Below, in pieces: positions 17,576-28,010 of a stretch of 64,000 bases of DNA; the first letter of the stretch is position 1; the number at the start of each line of letters is the position of its first letter. The notes under the pieces were generated by a model, which had not been told where the DNA came from, made no database searches, and saw only the letters and a list, made by a program, of their open reading frames with translations. Origin of the DNA: an uncultured Planctomycetota bacterium (lineage in GTDB: Bacteria; Planctomycetota; Phycisphaerae; Sedimentisphaerales; UBA12454); NCBI GenBank assembly GCA_903847315.1, contig CAINDG010000036.1, positions 3,587-67,586 on the forward strand, written 5' to 3'. Position numbers and translations under genes: made by a program.

Positions 17576-19264
17576 ATGGCAGCGAAAGAGTTAGTGTTTA
17601 ATGCTGATGCAAGGGCGGCCTTGCTTGTCGGAGTAGAAAAACTGGCACGTGCGGTACGGTCGACTCTTGGCCCGCGAGGCAGAAACGCCATCATCGACAA
17701 AGGCTGGGGCAGTCCAACGGTTACAAAGGACGGCGTAACAGTCGCTGAGGAAATAGACCTCGTCGATAAGACTGAAAATATGGGCGCCAAACTTGTAAAA
17801 GAGGCGGCCAGCAAGACGAGCAAAATCGCAGGCGATGGAACTACCACCGCTACCGTTCTTACCGAGGCGATTTTCAAAGAGGCATATCGAAACATCGCGG
17901 CTGGCGCAGACCCAATGGCAATCAACAGAGGCATTGGGCAGGCGGTTGACGCTATAACGAAGGCACTTGTCAAACTCGCCAAGCCGGTTGATATCACAAA
18001 AAGAGACGACATCGAAAACATCGCCTCAATCTCAGCGAACAACGACCATGAAATCGGCAAGATTATGGCTGACGCTTTTACAAAGCTGGGCAAAGACGGC
18101 GTTATTACCGTTGAGGAAGGCAAGAGCCTTGATACGACGCTCGAATTTGTCGAGGGTATGCAATTCGACAGAGGATATCTGTCTCCCAACTTCGTAACAA
18201 ACGTCGATAATATGCTCTGCGAACTTGAGAAGCCGTATATATTAGTTTATGAAGACAAGATAAGCAGCGTTCAGAAACTTGTGCCTTTACTGGAAGCAGT
18301 CGCAAAGAGTAAAAGACCGTTGCTTATTATCGCCGATGACTTAGAGGGCGAAGCACTTGCGACGCTGGTAGTGAACAAACTTCGCGGCGTTCTGCAGATT
18401 TGTGCCGTCAAAGCACCCGGCTACGGCGACAGAAGAAAAGCAATGCTCGAGGATATCGCGGTTCTCACAGGCGCTGAGCCGATTTTCAAAGATTTGGGAA
18501 TCGAACTTAACAATATAAAACTTTCTCAGCTCGGAAGAGCCCGAAAAATCACTATTGATAACGATAATACGATAATCGTTGAAGGAGCCGGTACGCAGGA
18601 AGCAATTAACGGCAGGATAAAGGCAATCCGCAGCGAGATTGAAGCGACAACCAGCGATTACGACCGCGAAAAACTTCAGGAAAGACTTGCCAAGCTGACA
18701 GGCGGAGTGGCGCAGGTTAATGTCGGAGCCGCGACGGAATCAGAGATGAAAGAAAAGAAGGCGCGAATCGAAGATGCCCTTCACGCTACAAGAGCGGCGA
18801 TCGAGGAAGGTATCGTCCCCGGCGGGGGAGTTGCCCTGATTCGATGTATCGATACGGTTAAAAAACTTAAACTCAGCGGCGATGAGAAAACAGGCGCCGA
18901 TATTATTGCACACGCCCTTAAAATGCCTTGCTACTATATCGCAGAAAACGCTGGCGCTGTCGGCAACCTGGTCGTAAATAAAATTTCTGAAGGCAAGGAC
19001 GGATTCGGCTACAACGCTGATACCGATAAATTCGAAGATCTCATCAAGGCCGGCGTTATCGACCCTGTAAAGGTAACAAGAATCGCGTTGCAGAATGCCG
19101 CTTCAGTTGCGGGACTGCTGCTAACCTGCGATTGCGTTGTTACTGAAAAACCGCAAAAAGAAAAAGCCGGCGCAGGAATGCCGCCGGGCGGCATGGGCGG
19201 AATGGGTGGCATGGGTGGTATGGGTATGGGCGGCATGGGTGGTATGGACGATATGGGAATGTAA
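17576..19264 (+). CDS. groEL: chaperonin GroEL, copy 1 (with Gly-Gly-Met tail)
   Basis: 562 aa with [30 protein letters not shown] and [11 protein letters not shown]. The C-terminus is [27 protein letters not shown]. Confidence 0.97.
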   Translation: MAAKELVFNADARAALLVGVEKLARAVRSTLGPRGRNAIIDKGWGSPTVTKDGVTVAEEIDLVDKTENMGAKLVKEAASKTSKIAGDGTTTATVLTEAIFKEAYRNIAAGADPMAINRGIGQAVDAITKALVKLAKPVDITKRDDIENIASISANNDHEIGKIMADAFTKLGKDGVITVEEGKSLDTTLEFVEGMQFDRGYLSPNFVTNVDNMLCELEKPYILVYEDKISSVQKLVPLLEAVAKSKRPLLIIADDLEGEALATLVVNKLRGVLQICAVKAPGYGDRRKAMLEDIAVLTGAEPIFKDLGIELNNIKLSQLGRARKITIDNDNTIIVEGAGTQEAINGRIKAIRSEIEATTSDYDREKLQERLAKLTGGVAQVNVGAATESEMKEKKARIEDALHATRAAIEEGIVPGGGVALIRCIDTVKKLKLSGDEKTGADIIAHALKMPCYYIAENAGAVGNLVVNKISEGKDGFGYNADTDKFEDLIKAGVIDPVKVTRIALQNAASVAGLLLTCDCVVTEKPQKEKAGAGMPPGGMGGMGGMGGMGMGGMGGMDDMGM

Positions 19265-20307
19265 TGAAAATGATGAACTGTAAAACAAAACGAAAAGTAA
19301 AATTTGCCAAAGGGCAATACCTTATTGCTCTTTTGGCTTTGTTTTTGTTTAACTCTCTTTCATTTGCCGTACAAGACCCAAACGGAGAGCAAAAGTTTTC
19401 TGTTGAGCAAACGAAAAAATTCGAAGAGAATTTACAGAGTTCATTCTCCGGCATTGGAACAGGAATCGAAATTAATCCAAAAGGAATTTACATCAAAAAT
19501 GTTATTCCCGGCGGACCTGCAGAAAAAGCAGGATTAAAAGGCGGCGAAATAATTACCGAAATTGATGGCAAATCCACGACAGGAATGTCTTTGGAAAAAG
19601 CAGTTTCAATGCTTAAAGGACCAACAGGCACAAGTGTTAATCTCAAACTGCTTTTAAGCAATGGGACCGCTCAGGAAATCAGCATTGTTCGGGGACCAGT
19701 ATCTGTCTCAGGTGTAGACAGCCGTGTTATAGAGCCAAATATAGGTTTGCTCGTTATCTCTGGTTTTAAGAATGAATCGGCCGCAAAGGTTAAAGATGCA
19801 CTTTTAAATTTTCAGCAAAAGAAAATTAAAGGTTTGATTCTCGATATTCGCAACAACAAGGGCGGTTTTCTACCAGAAGTCAAAAAAATTACCGGTTTTT
19901 TTCTTGAGCCAAACGAAATAATGTGGCAGACACAAAACATTGGTCAAAATGAACGTATATCGGTAAAAAGTAATAGTAGGAAAATATCACAATGGCCGAT
20001 AGTAGTGCTTATTAATTCGGAGACGATGTGCGGTGGAGAATTGTTAGCTTCGGCTGTGAAGTCTAAAGGCGGGGCTAAGCTTCTCGGTCAGAAAACATTT
20101 GGCGAAGGCTCTTTTTATAAATTTGAAAAACAAGATGATGGCACGAGTAAAAAAGTCCGGATGGGATATTTCTTTACCGCAGATGGACAAGATCTTGAAG
20201 GTAAGGGTGTCATTCCGGATATTGAGATAGACCCAAAACTTTCAACAGAGGAAATTATCAAAAAAGCAGTTAATGAATTAACTAAAAATAACGTAAATAA
20301 AACATAA
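19264..20307 (+). CDS. exported PDZ domain / S41 (C-terminal processing peptidase)-like protein with substituted catalytic dyad
   Basis: The start overlaps the groEL-1 stop (TAATG). The signal peptide is YLIALLALFLFNSLSFA and the PDZ region is GIGTGIEINPKGIYIKNVIPGGPAEKAGLKGGEIITEIDG. The S41 core is LILDIRNNKGGFL and VVLINSETMCGGELLASAV..GQKTFGEG. Cys256 and Glu281 occupy the positions where S41 enzymes carry Ser and Lys. Confidence 0.8.
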   Translation: MKMMNCKTKRKVKFAKGQYLIALLALFLFNSLSFAVQDPNGEQKFSVEQTKKFEENLQSSFSGIGTGIEINPKGIYIKNVIPGGPAEKAGLKGGEIITEIDGKSTTGMSLEKAVSMLKGPTGTSVNLKLLLSNGTAQEISIVRGPVSVSGVDSRVIEPNIGLLVISGFKNESAAKVKDALLNFQQKKIKGLILDIRNNKGGFLPEVKKITGFFLEPNEIMWQTQNIGQNERISVKSNSRKISQWPIVVLINSETMCGGELLASAVKSKGGAKLLGQKTFGEGSFYKFEKQDDGTSKKVRMGYFFTADGQDLEGKGVIPDIEIDPKLSTEEIIKKAVNELTKNNVNKT

Positions 20308-20326
20308 GCAATAAGGAGTTAAAAAA

Positions 20327-20617
20327 ATGAAACTTAGACCTTTGGATGACAGAATTATTGTGAAGCCCGAAGAGGCGGAAGAAAAAACAGCGGGCGGAAT
20401 CGTTCTGCCGGACGCCGCAAAGGAAAAACCATTGATGGGTAAAGTTATAGCAGTAGGGCCGGGCAAACTCTTAGACAGCGGCAAGCGTGCAGAAGTCGCC
20501 GTTAAGAAAAACGACACCGTACTGTTCGCAAAGTACGGCGGAAACGACATAAAGATTGACGGCGTTGAATACAAAATTCTTCACGAGAGCGATATTCTCG
20601 GCATAGTAGAGAAGTGA
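20327..20617 (+). CDS. groES: co-chaperonin GroES
   Basis: 96 aa with MKLRPLDDRIIVKP..EKTAGGIVLPD..GKVIAVGPG. Confidence 0.97.
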   Translation: MKLRPLDDRIIVKPEEAEEKTAGGIVLPDAAKEKPLMGKVIAVGPGKLLDSGKRAEVAVKKNDTVLFAKYGGNDIKIDGVEYKILHESDILGIVEK

Positions 20618-20625
20618 GGTAAAAA

Positions 20626-22245
20626 ATGGCAAAACAAATGATGTTTGATGATGCGGCAAGGTCACACCTGAAACAGGGACTTGCCAGTCTGGCAGCGGCG
20701 GTTAAGGTAACTCTGGGCCCGACGGGCAAAAACGTTATGCTGTATAAAAGTTACGGCTCGCCGAAGATAACCAAAGACGGCGTATCGGTCAGCAAGGAAA
20801 TCGAGTTGCCTGAGCCGTTCAAGAATATGGGCGCCAAAATGGTTAACCAGGCCGCAACCAAGACGAGCGATGTCGTTGGCGACGGCACTACTACCGCGAC
20901 GGTTCTGGCTGAAGCGATTTATAACGAAGGGCTAAAAAATGTAGCGGCAGGCGCTAATCCGATGGCTGTCAAACGCGGCATCGATAAGGCTGTGCAGATT
21001 GTTGTTGATTTTATCGCTTCGCAAAGCAAAAAAGTCAAAGGACACGATGACATTGCTAAAGTCGCCACCATAAGCGCGAATAACGATTCGGAAGTCGGCG
21101 AAATTCTCGCCGATGCGATGGATAAAGTCGGCAAGGAAGGCGTTATCGAGGTTGAGGAAGGCAAAAGTCTTGTAACCGAGCTTGAAGTCGTAAAAGGAAT
21201 GCAGTTCGACCGCGGCTATATATCGCCTTACTTCATAACAAATACCAGCACGATGGAAGCTGTTCTTGAGGACGCTTACATTCTGCTGTATGAAAAGAAA
21301 ATTTCGAGCATTGCTGAAATTATTCCGCTTCTGGAAAAAATCGCTCAGGTCGGTTCCCAATTGCTCATAGTCGCTGAAGAAGTCGAGGGCGAGGCTCTGG
21401 CTGCTTTGGTTATAAATAAACTTCAGGGCGTTTTGAAGGTTTGCACCGTAAAGGCTCCCGGCTTTGGCGACAGAAGAAAAGCTATGCTCGGCGATATAGG
21501 CGTTCTTACCGGCGGACAGGTGCTTACAGAGGACCTGGGCATAAAACTTGAGAAAGTCGAACTGTCACAACTCGGAAAGGCAAAAAAAATTGTTATCGAA
21601 AAGGAAAACACGACGATAATCGAAGGAGCGGGCACAAAGAAAGACATAACCGCCCGCTGCGAACAGATACGCAAACAAGTTGAAGCGACTACCAGCGATT
21701 ATGACCGCGAGAAGCTGCAGGAACGATTGGCAAAACTGACCGGCGGCGTAGCGGTAATAAAAGCAGGCGCTTCGACTGAAACGGAAATGAAGGAAAGAAA
21801 AGACCTTCTCGACGACGCTCTGCACGCGACCAAAGCGGCTATGGAAGAGGGCGTCATCCCCGGCGGCGGAGTTATCTATCTGCGGGCTATCGAAAAAGTC
21901 CGACAGGCAAAGACAAAGACGAGCGAAGATGAAAAAATCGGTTTTGATATTATCGCCAGCGCCTTAAAATCGCCGACGAAACAAATAGTCGACAACGGCG
22001 ACGAAGACGGCGATGTGGTTGTCGAAAAGTTGCTCGAGCAGAGCGGAAATACAGGCTATGACGCCAACAGCGGCAAGTTTGTCGATATGGTTGAGGCGGG
22101 CATTCTCGACCCGGCTAAGGTCGCAAGATGCGCCCTGCAAAATGCCGCTTCGGTTGCAGGTCTTATGCTGACTACCAATGTGCTTATCACCGACCTGAAA
22201 GACGATGATAAGGATAAACCGCAAATAGAAGGTTCAGTGCGGTAA
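20626..22245 (+). CDS. groEL: chaperonin GroEL, copy 2 (no GGM tail)
   Basis: 539 aa with [28 protein letters not shown] and [11 protein letters not shown]. The C-terminus is the charged [16 protein letters not shown] rather than GGM repeats. Confidence 0.97.
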   Translation: MAKQMMFDDAARSHLKQGLASLAAAVKVTLGPTGKNVMLYKSYGSPKITKDGVSVSKEIELPEPFKNMGAKMVNQAATKTSDVVGDGTTTATVLAEAIYNEGLKNVAAGANPMAVKRGIDKAVQIVVDFIASQSKKVKGHDDIAKVATISANNDSEVGEILADAMDKVGKEGVIEVEEGKSLVTELEVVKGMQFDRGYISPYFITNTSTMEAVLEDAYILLYEKKISSIAEIIPLLEKIAQVGSQLLIVAEEVEGEALAALVINKLQGVLKVCTVKAPGFGDRRKAMLGDIGVLTGGQVLTEDLGIKLEKVELSQLGKAKKIVIEKENTTIIEGAGTKKDITARCEQIRKQVEATTSDYDREKLQERLAKLTGGVAVIKAGASTETEMKERKDLLDDALHATKAAMEEGVIPGGGVIYLRAIEKVRQAKTKTSEDEKIGFDIIASALKSPTKQIVDNGDEDGDVVVEKLLEQSGNTGYDANSGKFVDMVEAGILDPAKVARCALQNAASVAGLMLTTNVLITDLKDDDKDKPQIEGSVR

Positions 22246-22253
22246 CTAAATAA

Positions 22254-23399
22254 ATGGCCAAACGCGATTATTATGAAGTGTTGGGGGTTGATAAAAACGC
22301 CGGCGCCGACGATATTAAACGCGCATATCGCAGGCTGGCTATAAAATATCATCCCGACAAGAACCCCGGCGATAAAGACGCTGAGGCGAAGTTCAAGGAA
22401 TGCGCCGAGGCTTACGAGGTTTTGAGCGATTCCGATAAACGCGCCAGATACGACCAGTACGGTCACGCAGGACTTCAGGGTTCAGGCGTTCACGATTTTT
22501 CGAGAATGAACGTCGAGGATATATTCGGTGCCCTTAACCTTGAAGATATTTTCGGGGATTTATTCGGCAGCGGTTTTGGCGGCAGGAGCCGGCGTTCAGC
22601 GGCGAGAGGGCCAAAGAGGGGCTATGACCTTGAGACTGTTGTCGAGCTTACACTCAACGACGTCGCGAGCGGCGTGGAAAAGAGTATCGAATTTACCCGG
22701 CAGGATATGTGCGACGACTGCACCGGCTCGGGCACTGCCAAAGGCAGCAGTCCTTCAAAATGCCCGGCCTGCGGCGGTTCGGGACAAGTTGCACAAGCCG
22801 GTCTTGGCGGTTTCTTTCAAATGGTTTCAACCTGCCCGCGATGCAAAGGTAACGGAACAATAATCAGCAATCCCTGCAAGAAATGCAGAGGCAGCGGCAG
22901 GATACCGAGGAAGCGGCTTGTCAGCGTTAAAATTCCGGCAGGCGTTCATGAAGGACAAGGCGTAAGAGTCGCCGGCGAAGGCGAACCGGGCTTTAACGGC
23001 GGACCGCGAGGCGATTTGTACTGCTATGTAAGATTAAAGGAGCATCCATTCCTGCAGAGGGACGGCGTTGACCTTATCGCGGCGGTGCCGGTGGGCTTCA
23101 CACAGGCGGCTCTTGGCGGTGTAATTGAAGTGCCGAGCCTTAACGGAGCAAAAGAGTTGAAGATTCCGCCGGGAACCCAGAGCGGTGATATATTCAGAAT
23201 CAAAGGGCAGGGACTGCCGGACATTAGAACGAAACGCAACGGCGATGAACTTGTCCAGATACTCGTCGAAATACCAAAAAAACTCAACAGCCAGCAGGAA
23301 GAACTGCTCAGAAAATTTGCCGAGACGGAAGATAAAACCGTTTTGCCGAAATCGAAGGGTTTTTTTGAAAAACTTAAACAGTATTTCAATAATAAGTAA
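22254..23399 (+). CDS. dnaJ: molecular chaperone DnaJ (type I)
   Basis: J-domain [21 protein letters not shown], a G/F region, and four CxxCxGxG repeats ([32 protein letters not shown]). Confidence 0.95.
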   Translation: MAKRDYYEVLGVDKNAGADDIKRAYRRLAIKYHPDKNPGDKDAEAKFKECAEAYEVLSDSDKRARYDQYGHAGLQGSGVHDFSRMNVEDIFGALNLEDIFGDLFGSGFGGRSRRSAARGPKRGYDLETVVELTLNDVASGVEKSIEFTRQDMCDDCTGSGTAKGSSPSKCPACGGSGQVAQAGLGGFFQMVSTCPRCKGNGTIISNPCKKCRGSGRIPRKRLVSVKIPAGVHEGQGVRVAGEGEPGFNGGPRGDLYCYVRLKEHPFLQRDGVDLIAAVPVGFTQAALGGVIEVPSLNGAKELKIPPGTQSGDIFRIKGQGLPDIRTKRNGDELVQILVEIPKKLNSQQEELLRKFAETEDKTVLPKSKGFFEKLKQYFNNK

Positions 23400-23404
23400 A
23401 ATTT

Positions 23405-24001
23405 ATGAGTGAAGATACACCCAAAGAACCCGTTGAACAGCAGAAGCAGGAACAAACGCCTCCTGCCGATAGCGGGGGACATACGGAGCATAAAAAAGAC
23501 AAGCTTCACAAACTGCAGGCGGAAAAAGACGAAATATTTGCGCGTCTTCAGCGTCTCAGCGCCGATTATCAGAATCATCAGAAGCGCTCCGCAAAACAAA
23601 TCGCAGAATCGATAGCTTACGAAAAGGAAATAATAATAAAATCTCTGCTGCCTGTACTCGATAATCTTGACCATACATTGAGTAATGCTGAGAAAGTTCA
23701 GGACATCGCCGATGTGCTTAAAGGCGTAAAAATCATTTACGACCAGTTTCTGGCGATATTAAAAGCTCACGGCGTTGAACAGATAACTGCTGTCGGGGTG
23801 AAGTTTGATCCGACATATCATCAGGCACTTACACAAAGAGCAGAGCCGGACAAGGAAGAGGGGATAGTTCTTGAAGAATTTCGCAAGGGCTACAAACTCG
23901 CCGAAAAAGTTCTTCGTCCCGCAGTTGTAATAGTTAATAAGAAGCAGTCGAAAACGCAAGAACCGCAGACAGACGACAGCGGCAGTGAAAACGGGGATTA
24001 A
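23405..24001 (+). CDS. grpE: nucleotide exchange factor GrpE
   Basis: 198 aa with a coiled-coil N-terminus, RLSADYQNHQKRSAKQI, LLPVLDNLDHTL, and the C-terminal beta domain FDPTYHQAL..YKLAEKVLRPAVV. Confidence 0.9.
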   Translation: MSEDTPKEPVEQQKQEQTPPADSGGHTEHKKDKLHKLQAEKDEIFARLQRLSADYQNHQKRSAKQIAESIAYEKEIIIKSLLPVLDNLDHTLSNAEKVQDIADVLKGVKIIYDQFLAILKAHGVEQITAVGVKFDPTYHQALTQRAEPDKEEGIVLEEFRKGYKLAEKVLRPAVVIVNKKQSKTQEPQTDDSGSENGD

Positions 24002-24004
24002 ACT

Positions 24005-24310
24005 GTGCCAACCTACGAATACCAGTGTAAAAAATGCGGCTGCGAATTTGAAAAATTTCAATCAATGACCGCTCCTGTTTTGCGAAAGTGCCCAAAGTGC
24101 GGCAAACTATCGCTGAAAAGGCTTATAGGCACAGGCGCCGCGGTGATTTTTAAAGGCTCAGGCTTTTACCAGACGGATTACCGCAGCGATTCTTATAAAC
24201 AATCCGTTAAAAAGGAATCCGACGCCGGCAGCAAAAAAGAGGAAAAGAAGAGTACAAAGACTGAAGCAAAAAAGACGCCCCCTGTAAAAACGGATAAGAA
24301 ATCCACCTGA
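24005..24310 (+). CDS. FmdB-family zinc-ribbon protein
   Basis: GTG start. (M)PTYEYQCKKCGCEFEKFQSM..KCPKCG is the CxxC_CxxC_SSSS signature, followed by a Lys/Glu-rich tail. Confidence 0.85.
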   Translation: MPTYEYQCKKCGCEFEKFQSMTAPVLRKCPKCGKLSLKRLIGTGAAVIFKGSGFYQTDYRSDSYKQSVKKESDAGSKKEEKKSTKTEAKKTPPVKTDKKST

Positions 24311-24313
24311 CCG

Positions 24314-25333
24314 TTATTTTCTGATGACCATTATCGTTAGATTTGTCTGTTCCAAAGTGTTGTCGGATTTTAACTGCTCAGTTTTTTCTGTAGCAGTAAG
24401 CACAGGCTTGTTCGGCATTAAGAGGTCGTAATCTATATTATCTTTCGCAACATATTGTTTTGAGACGTCCACCGCGGTAGCTGCATTTATCATAGCAATA
24501 TCGTTTGCCATTCGTACTCTCTGGGTGTAATTGTCGGCTTTGCAGATGTCGAGAACCTGCTGGGCGGTCACGCTATTTACGGTTATATATTTTCCCGCCT
24601 GTTCAGTGCCGACTTCCAGCGTGGCATCTGTGCATTTAGGCCAGACAAAACTCAATTCGCCGAGCAGATTCAGGAGCGAATCACTGCTGCAGTTTAGAAC
24701 ATATTTTACAGAACCTGTGTTTCTTTCGACCGCTGTGGTCTTATCGAAAAGTCCCGTATTTGTCAGCACCTTGCCGATGAGCCAATCGGTTTCGACGGGA
24801 CTATCCGTCATAAGAGTAAGTTTTACCACCAGTGGAATCGTCGTGGTTTTCGGAGCCGGTACCGGAATCGCCTCGATTTCGGCCGGTTTTACCTCCGCGA
24901 AAGGCTTTTCGTACAATACCTGCGGCTTTTCTTTTCTTTCAAAAACGCTGTTGACAAGCTTTTGCCTGTCGGCCTTCGGCACAAAGATATCGAACACAAC
25001 GATACCAAGCATAGCCAAAAGCACAAGAACAGCCGCTACCGTTGTCAGCCGTCTCAAAACCAGATGCCGTTTGCCTGCCCTGTGATATTCGCCTGTATCG
25101 GCAAGAAGAATATGTCTTTCGAGATGTTTGGTAACGCTTTCGCAAAAGCCTTCCGGTGCCTTGTCCGACGCGACAGCGCCCATCAGTTTTTTGTAGCGGC
25201 TCAGCGAATCGAAAAGCCGGCGAATCTGCTTATCGTTGTCGATAAGCCGTTTAACTTCATTGTTTTTCCGCTCATCGAGCTCGCCGTCGATATAACTATT
25301 AAGCAGTTCTTCGATTAGTTCCATATCTTTCAT
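24314..25333 (-). CDS. anti-sigma factor (zf-HC2-like N-terminus, one TM, extracytoplasmic domain of unknown fold)
   Basis: 4-nt overlap (ATGA) with the upstream ECF sigma gene. The N-terminus is ELLNSYIDGELDERKNNEVKRLI and the TM segment is LTTVAAVLVLLAMLGIVVFDIF. Confidence 0.65.
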   Translation of the reverse strand: MKDMELIEELLNSYIDGELDERKNNEVKRLIDNDKQIRRLFDSLSRYKKLMGAVASDKAPEGFCESVTKHLERHILLADTGEYHRAGKRHLVLRRLTTVAAVLVLLAMLGIVVFDIFVPKADRQKLVNSVFERKEKPQVLYEKPFAEVKPAEIEAIPVPAPKTTTIPLVVKLTLMTDSPVETDWLIGKVLTNTGLFDKTTAVERNTGSVKYVLNCSSDSLLNLLGELSFVWPKCTDATLEVGTEQAGKYITVNSVTAQQVLDICKADNYTQRVRMANDIAMINAATAVDVSKQYVAKDNIDYDLLMPNKPVLTATEKTEQLKSDNTLEQTNLTIMVIRK

Positions 25334-25953
25334 TGTACTGCCGCCTCGAGAATTTCCCGCAGGTTCTTTCTGCCGCGGGCAATTCTGCTTTTTACCGTTC
25401 CGATTTCCATTTCGAGCGTATTAGCGATTTCAGTATAACTCATCTGCTCAATATCCCTCAGTACAACTACGGCCCTTTGCTGCGGGTCGAGTTTTTCAAG
25501 AGCCTTTAAAATCAGGCCGTTTACTTCTTTTTTCGCCGCCAGCTCCGAAGGGTCGGTTGTCTTTTTATCTACCAGATAATCCTTCAACTGCCGGCCGGCG
25601 TCTTCGTCCAATTCATTCTGAAGCGACTGAAAACTCACCCTTGAGTTTTTCTTGCAGAAGTTCAGCGTCAGATTAACCGCTATCCTGAAGAGCCAGGTAT
25701 AAAAGCTGCTTTGACCCTTAAAATCTTTCAGCCCCTGGATAGCCCTTATAAACGCGTCCTGCGCAAGCTCGGCGGCGTCAGCCTCATTTCCGCAAAGCTT
25801 CAGTATGGTATTGTAAATCCTGTCCTGATACTTAAGTATCAGCCTTTCGACAGAGTCCATATTGCCGGCCCTGGCCTGAGCGACAAGCGATGCCTCGTCA
25901 ATACTTATATTGCCGCTGGCTGCTTTTAATCGTTCCTGTATAAATTTGACCAT
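25330..25953 (-). CDS. ECF-type RNA polymerase sigma factor (sigma-70 family)
   Basis: 207 aa with region 2 (YQDRIYNTILKL..DAEDLAQDAFIRA-like, FYTWLFRIAVN) and region 4 (VVVLRDIEQMSYTEIANTLEMEIGTVKSRIARGR). Confidence 0.9.
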   Translation of the reverse strand: MVKFIQERLKAASGNISIDEASLVAQARAGNMDSVERLILKYQDRIYNTILKLCGNEADAAELAQDAFIRAIQGLKDFKGQSSFYTWLFRIAVNLTLNFCKKNSRVSFQSLQNELDEDAGRQLKDYLVDKKTTDPSELAAKKEVNGLILKALEKLDPQQRAVVVLRDIEQMSYTEIANTLEMEIGTVKSRIARGRKNLREILEAAVQ

Positions 25954-26119
25954 CGTAGTTCCAAAAAGTTCCCTGATTTTTATATAAATAATACACAGAT
26001 TTCGCTAACTATAATGACATAAGAAGGTTACATTTGCAAGTATGTTTTCGGATTGCCGTATATTTCGAGAAGGCCGATTTTCTCAAGGAACAGCCCCAAC
26101 GTCCACTATTATTCTCATT

Positions 26120-26419
26120 TTATCGGCGTTTGCAGATTGCTACGCCGAAAACTAATAACAGTAATGTCGCTGGTTCCGGCACAACCTCAAAACTCGTTGA
26201 GTAACTACTGACAATAATATTTGGCGGATAATATGAAGGCAGAAATCTCCACACGGTAAGATTATAGGTATCTGCTGGCAAAGTGCCGATGAGTTTAGAA
26301 TACGACCAAGGAGTTACAACAGTGGCAAATCCTAAGTCGAGATAAATATCAAGTGTCAGTGAGTTGCCATTGACAGAGAAATCTGTGTTTGTGATCGTTA
26401 CACCGCCGCTCCCCTCCAT
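26120..26419 (-). CDS. PEP-CTERM sorting-domain protein (ATG-supported part; the reading frame is open upstream to 26569 and encodes a signal peptide)
   Basis: The C-terminus VPEPATLLLLVFGVAICKRR is a PEP-CTERM anchor. In-frame upstream codons encode KKLVKILFTVLVLWPLCANA, but that stretch contains no ATG/GTG/TTG. A strong AGGAGG plus ATG at 26562 is in another frame. Confidence 0.65.
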   Translation of the reverse strand: MEGSGGVTITNTDFSVNGNSLTLDIYLDLGFATVVTPWSYSKLIGTLPADTYNLTVWRFLPSYYPPNIIVSSYSTSFEVVPEPATLLLLVFGVAICKRR

Positions 26420-26676
26420 GCCACTAACTAAAATTGTGATTGGATCCAGTGGGGTTGGTGAAATTGGTGAAATAGAAACATTGGTAATGCTAGCATTAGC
26501 ACAAAGCGGCCATAAAACTAGAACCGTAAAAAGAATTTTTACTAACTTCTTCTCCGTAACATTACCTCCTTAAACTGGTATCCCTACTTGTTAATTATAG
26601 TGTATTCATTATGCAAAAACAAGTGCAAAATGTCCAATTTAGGCATAAAACACTATCTTGGGGCGATTTAAAGAGG

Positions 26677-27948
26677 TTATGCGGATTCTTTTCGTGCTGA
26701 TTTTGCCGAGTCGAACAGGTCTGCTTTGCCGTCAACGACATCCTTTGTTACGACATATTTTCCCGGCTTTGGCTCTTCGGGCAGCCGATACATCAGGTCT
26801 ATCATCAGCTCCTCTGCCAATGCCCTTAATGCCCTTGCGCCGGTATCGCGTTTCATCGCTTTTTGAGCCATTGTCCGCAGCGCATCGTCGGTGAACTCAA
26901 GCTCGGCCTGTTCCAGTTTGAAAAATTCCTTGTACTGTTTTATGAGTGCGTTTTTCGGCTTTGAAAGGATATCGACAAGCGCATCCTCGTCGAGCGCCTT
27001 TAAGGCGGTAATTATCGGCACTCTGCCGACAAACTCAGGAATCATTCCGTACTCGATGATATCTTCCGGCACAACCTGTTCGAGGATGTTGGTGTATTCG
27101 GCATGGGCGTCAACAGTCTTTTGCTTTTCGGAGCCGAAGCCTATCATTTTTCTGCCGAGCCGTTTTTTGATAATATTCTCCAGCCCTGTAAATGTTCCGC
27201 CGCATATAAAAAGAATATGGGTCGTATCCATCTGGATATAAGATTGTTCCGGATGCTTTCGTCCCCCTTGAGGGGGGATATTCGCGGTTGTGCCTTCGAG
27301 CATTTTTAAAAGGGCCTGCTGAACGCCTTCGCCCGATACGTCGCGGGTAATGGAAATATTCTGGTTGGTCTTTCCGATTTTGTCGATTTCGTCGATATAA
27401 ACTATTCCTCGCTGAGCAGACTCAAGGTCGTAATCGGCGTTCTGCAGCAGTCTGAGCAGGAAGTTCTCCACATCCTCGCCGACATATCCCGCTTCGGTAA
27501 CTGTCGTGGCGTCGCAGATAGCGAAGGGCACATTAAGCTCTCTCGCCAGAGTTTTGGCCAGCAGAGTTTTTCCCGAACCTGTCGGGCCTATCAGCAGAAC
27601 GTTGGATTTGTCAATTTCGACATCGCTTGATTCTTTATCGGTATGCACGAGTCTTTTGTAATGATTGTGTACGGCAACGGAGAGAATTTTTTTTGCTTTT
27701 TCCTGACCGATGACGTATTCGTCGAGAAATTCCTTTATCTGCCGGGGTTTCGGCACTTCTTCAAGCAGAAAACCGGAAGGTCTCAGACGCCTTTTTTCCT
27801 GCCTGACGATGTTATAGCAAAGTTCAACGCATTCGGGGCAGATATACACGCCGCCCGGCCCTTCGACGAAGGCGTCAACCTGTTTTTTCGCTCTGCCGCA
27901 AAAGCTGCAGGTCTCTTTATGTTTCGGAGTATCTGTTATTTTTGCCAT
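26677..27948 (-). CDS. clpX: ATP-dependent Clp protease ATP-binding subunit ClpX
   Basis: The zinc finger is CSFCGR..CPECV. Walker A is [18 protein letters not shown], Walker B is [10 protein letters not shown], and the pore loop is GYVGEDV. Confidence 0.97.
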   Translation of the reverse strand: MAKITDTPKHKETCSFCGRAKKQVDAFVEGPGGVYICPECVELCYNIVRQEKRRLRPSGFLLEEVPKPRQIKEFLDEYVIGQEKAKKILSVAVHNHYKRLVHTDKESSDVEIDKSNVLLIGPTGSGKTLLAKTLARELNVPFAICDATTVTEAGYVGEDVENFLLRLLQNADYDLESAQRGIVYIDEIDKIGKTNQNISITRDVSGEGVQQALLKMLEGTTANIPPQGGRKHPEQSYIQMDTTHILFICGGTFTGLENIIKKRLGRKMIGFGSEKQKTVDAHAEYTNILEQVVPEDIIEYGMIPEFVGRVPIITALKALDEDALVDILSKPKNALIKQYKEFFKLEQAELEFTDDALRTMAQKAMKRDTGARALRALAEELMIDLMYRLPEEPKPGKYVVTKDVVDGKADLFDSAKSARKESA

Positions 27949-28010
27949 TTAATCGCCTTATTTTACACAGATTACTCTACTTTAGCAGATTAACAGGTCT
28001 TATTCAATTA

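Noticed and set aside
17551-18189. 212-aa antisense ORF inside groEL-1, with similar antisense ORFs inside groEL-2 at 20919-21825
   Set aside because: It is a low-complexity Ser/Ala/Leu-rich reading opposite a highly conserved gene, the typical antisense open frame of GC-rich codon usage.
19170-19262. Tandem ATGGG(C/T)GG(A/C/T) DNA repeats that could look like a microsatellite or a mini-array
   Set aside because: They encode the canonical GGM C-terminal tail of GroEL. They are in frame and there are no spacers.
23024-23674. 216-aa minus-strand ORF spanning the dnaJ/grpE junction
   Set aside because: It is antisense to two unambiguous chaperone genes. It has no domain signature and no start context.
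25954-26119. Search for a GGAAC-N16/17-CGTC type ECF autoregulatory promoter upstream of the sigma gene
   Set aside because: The only GGAAC...CGTC pair seen (26088-26105) is on the wrong strand and has an 8-nt spacer. No convincing ECF promoter could be called by eye.
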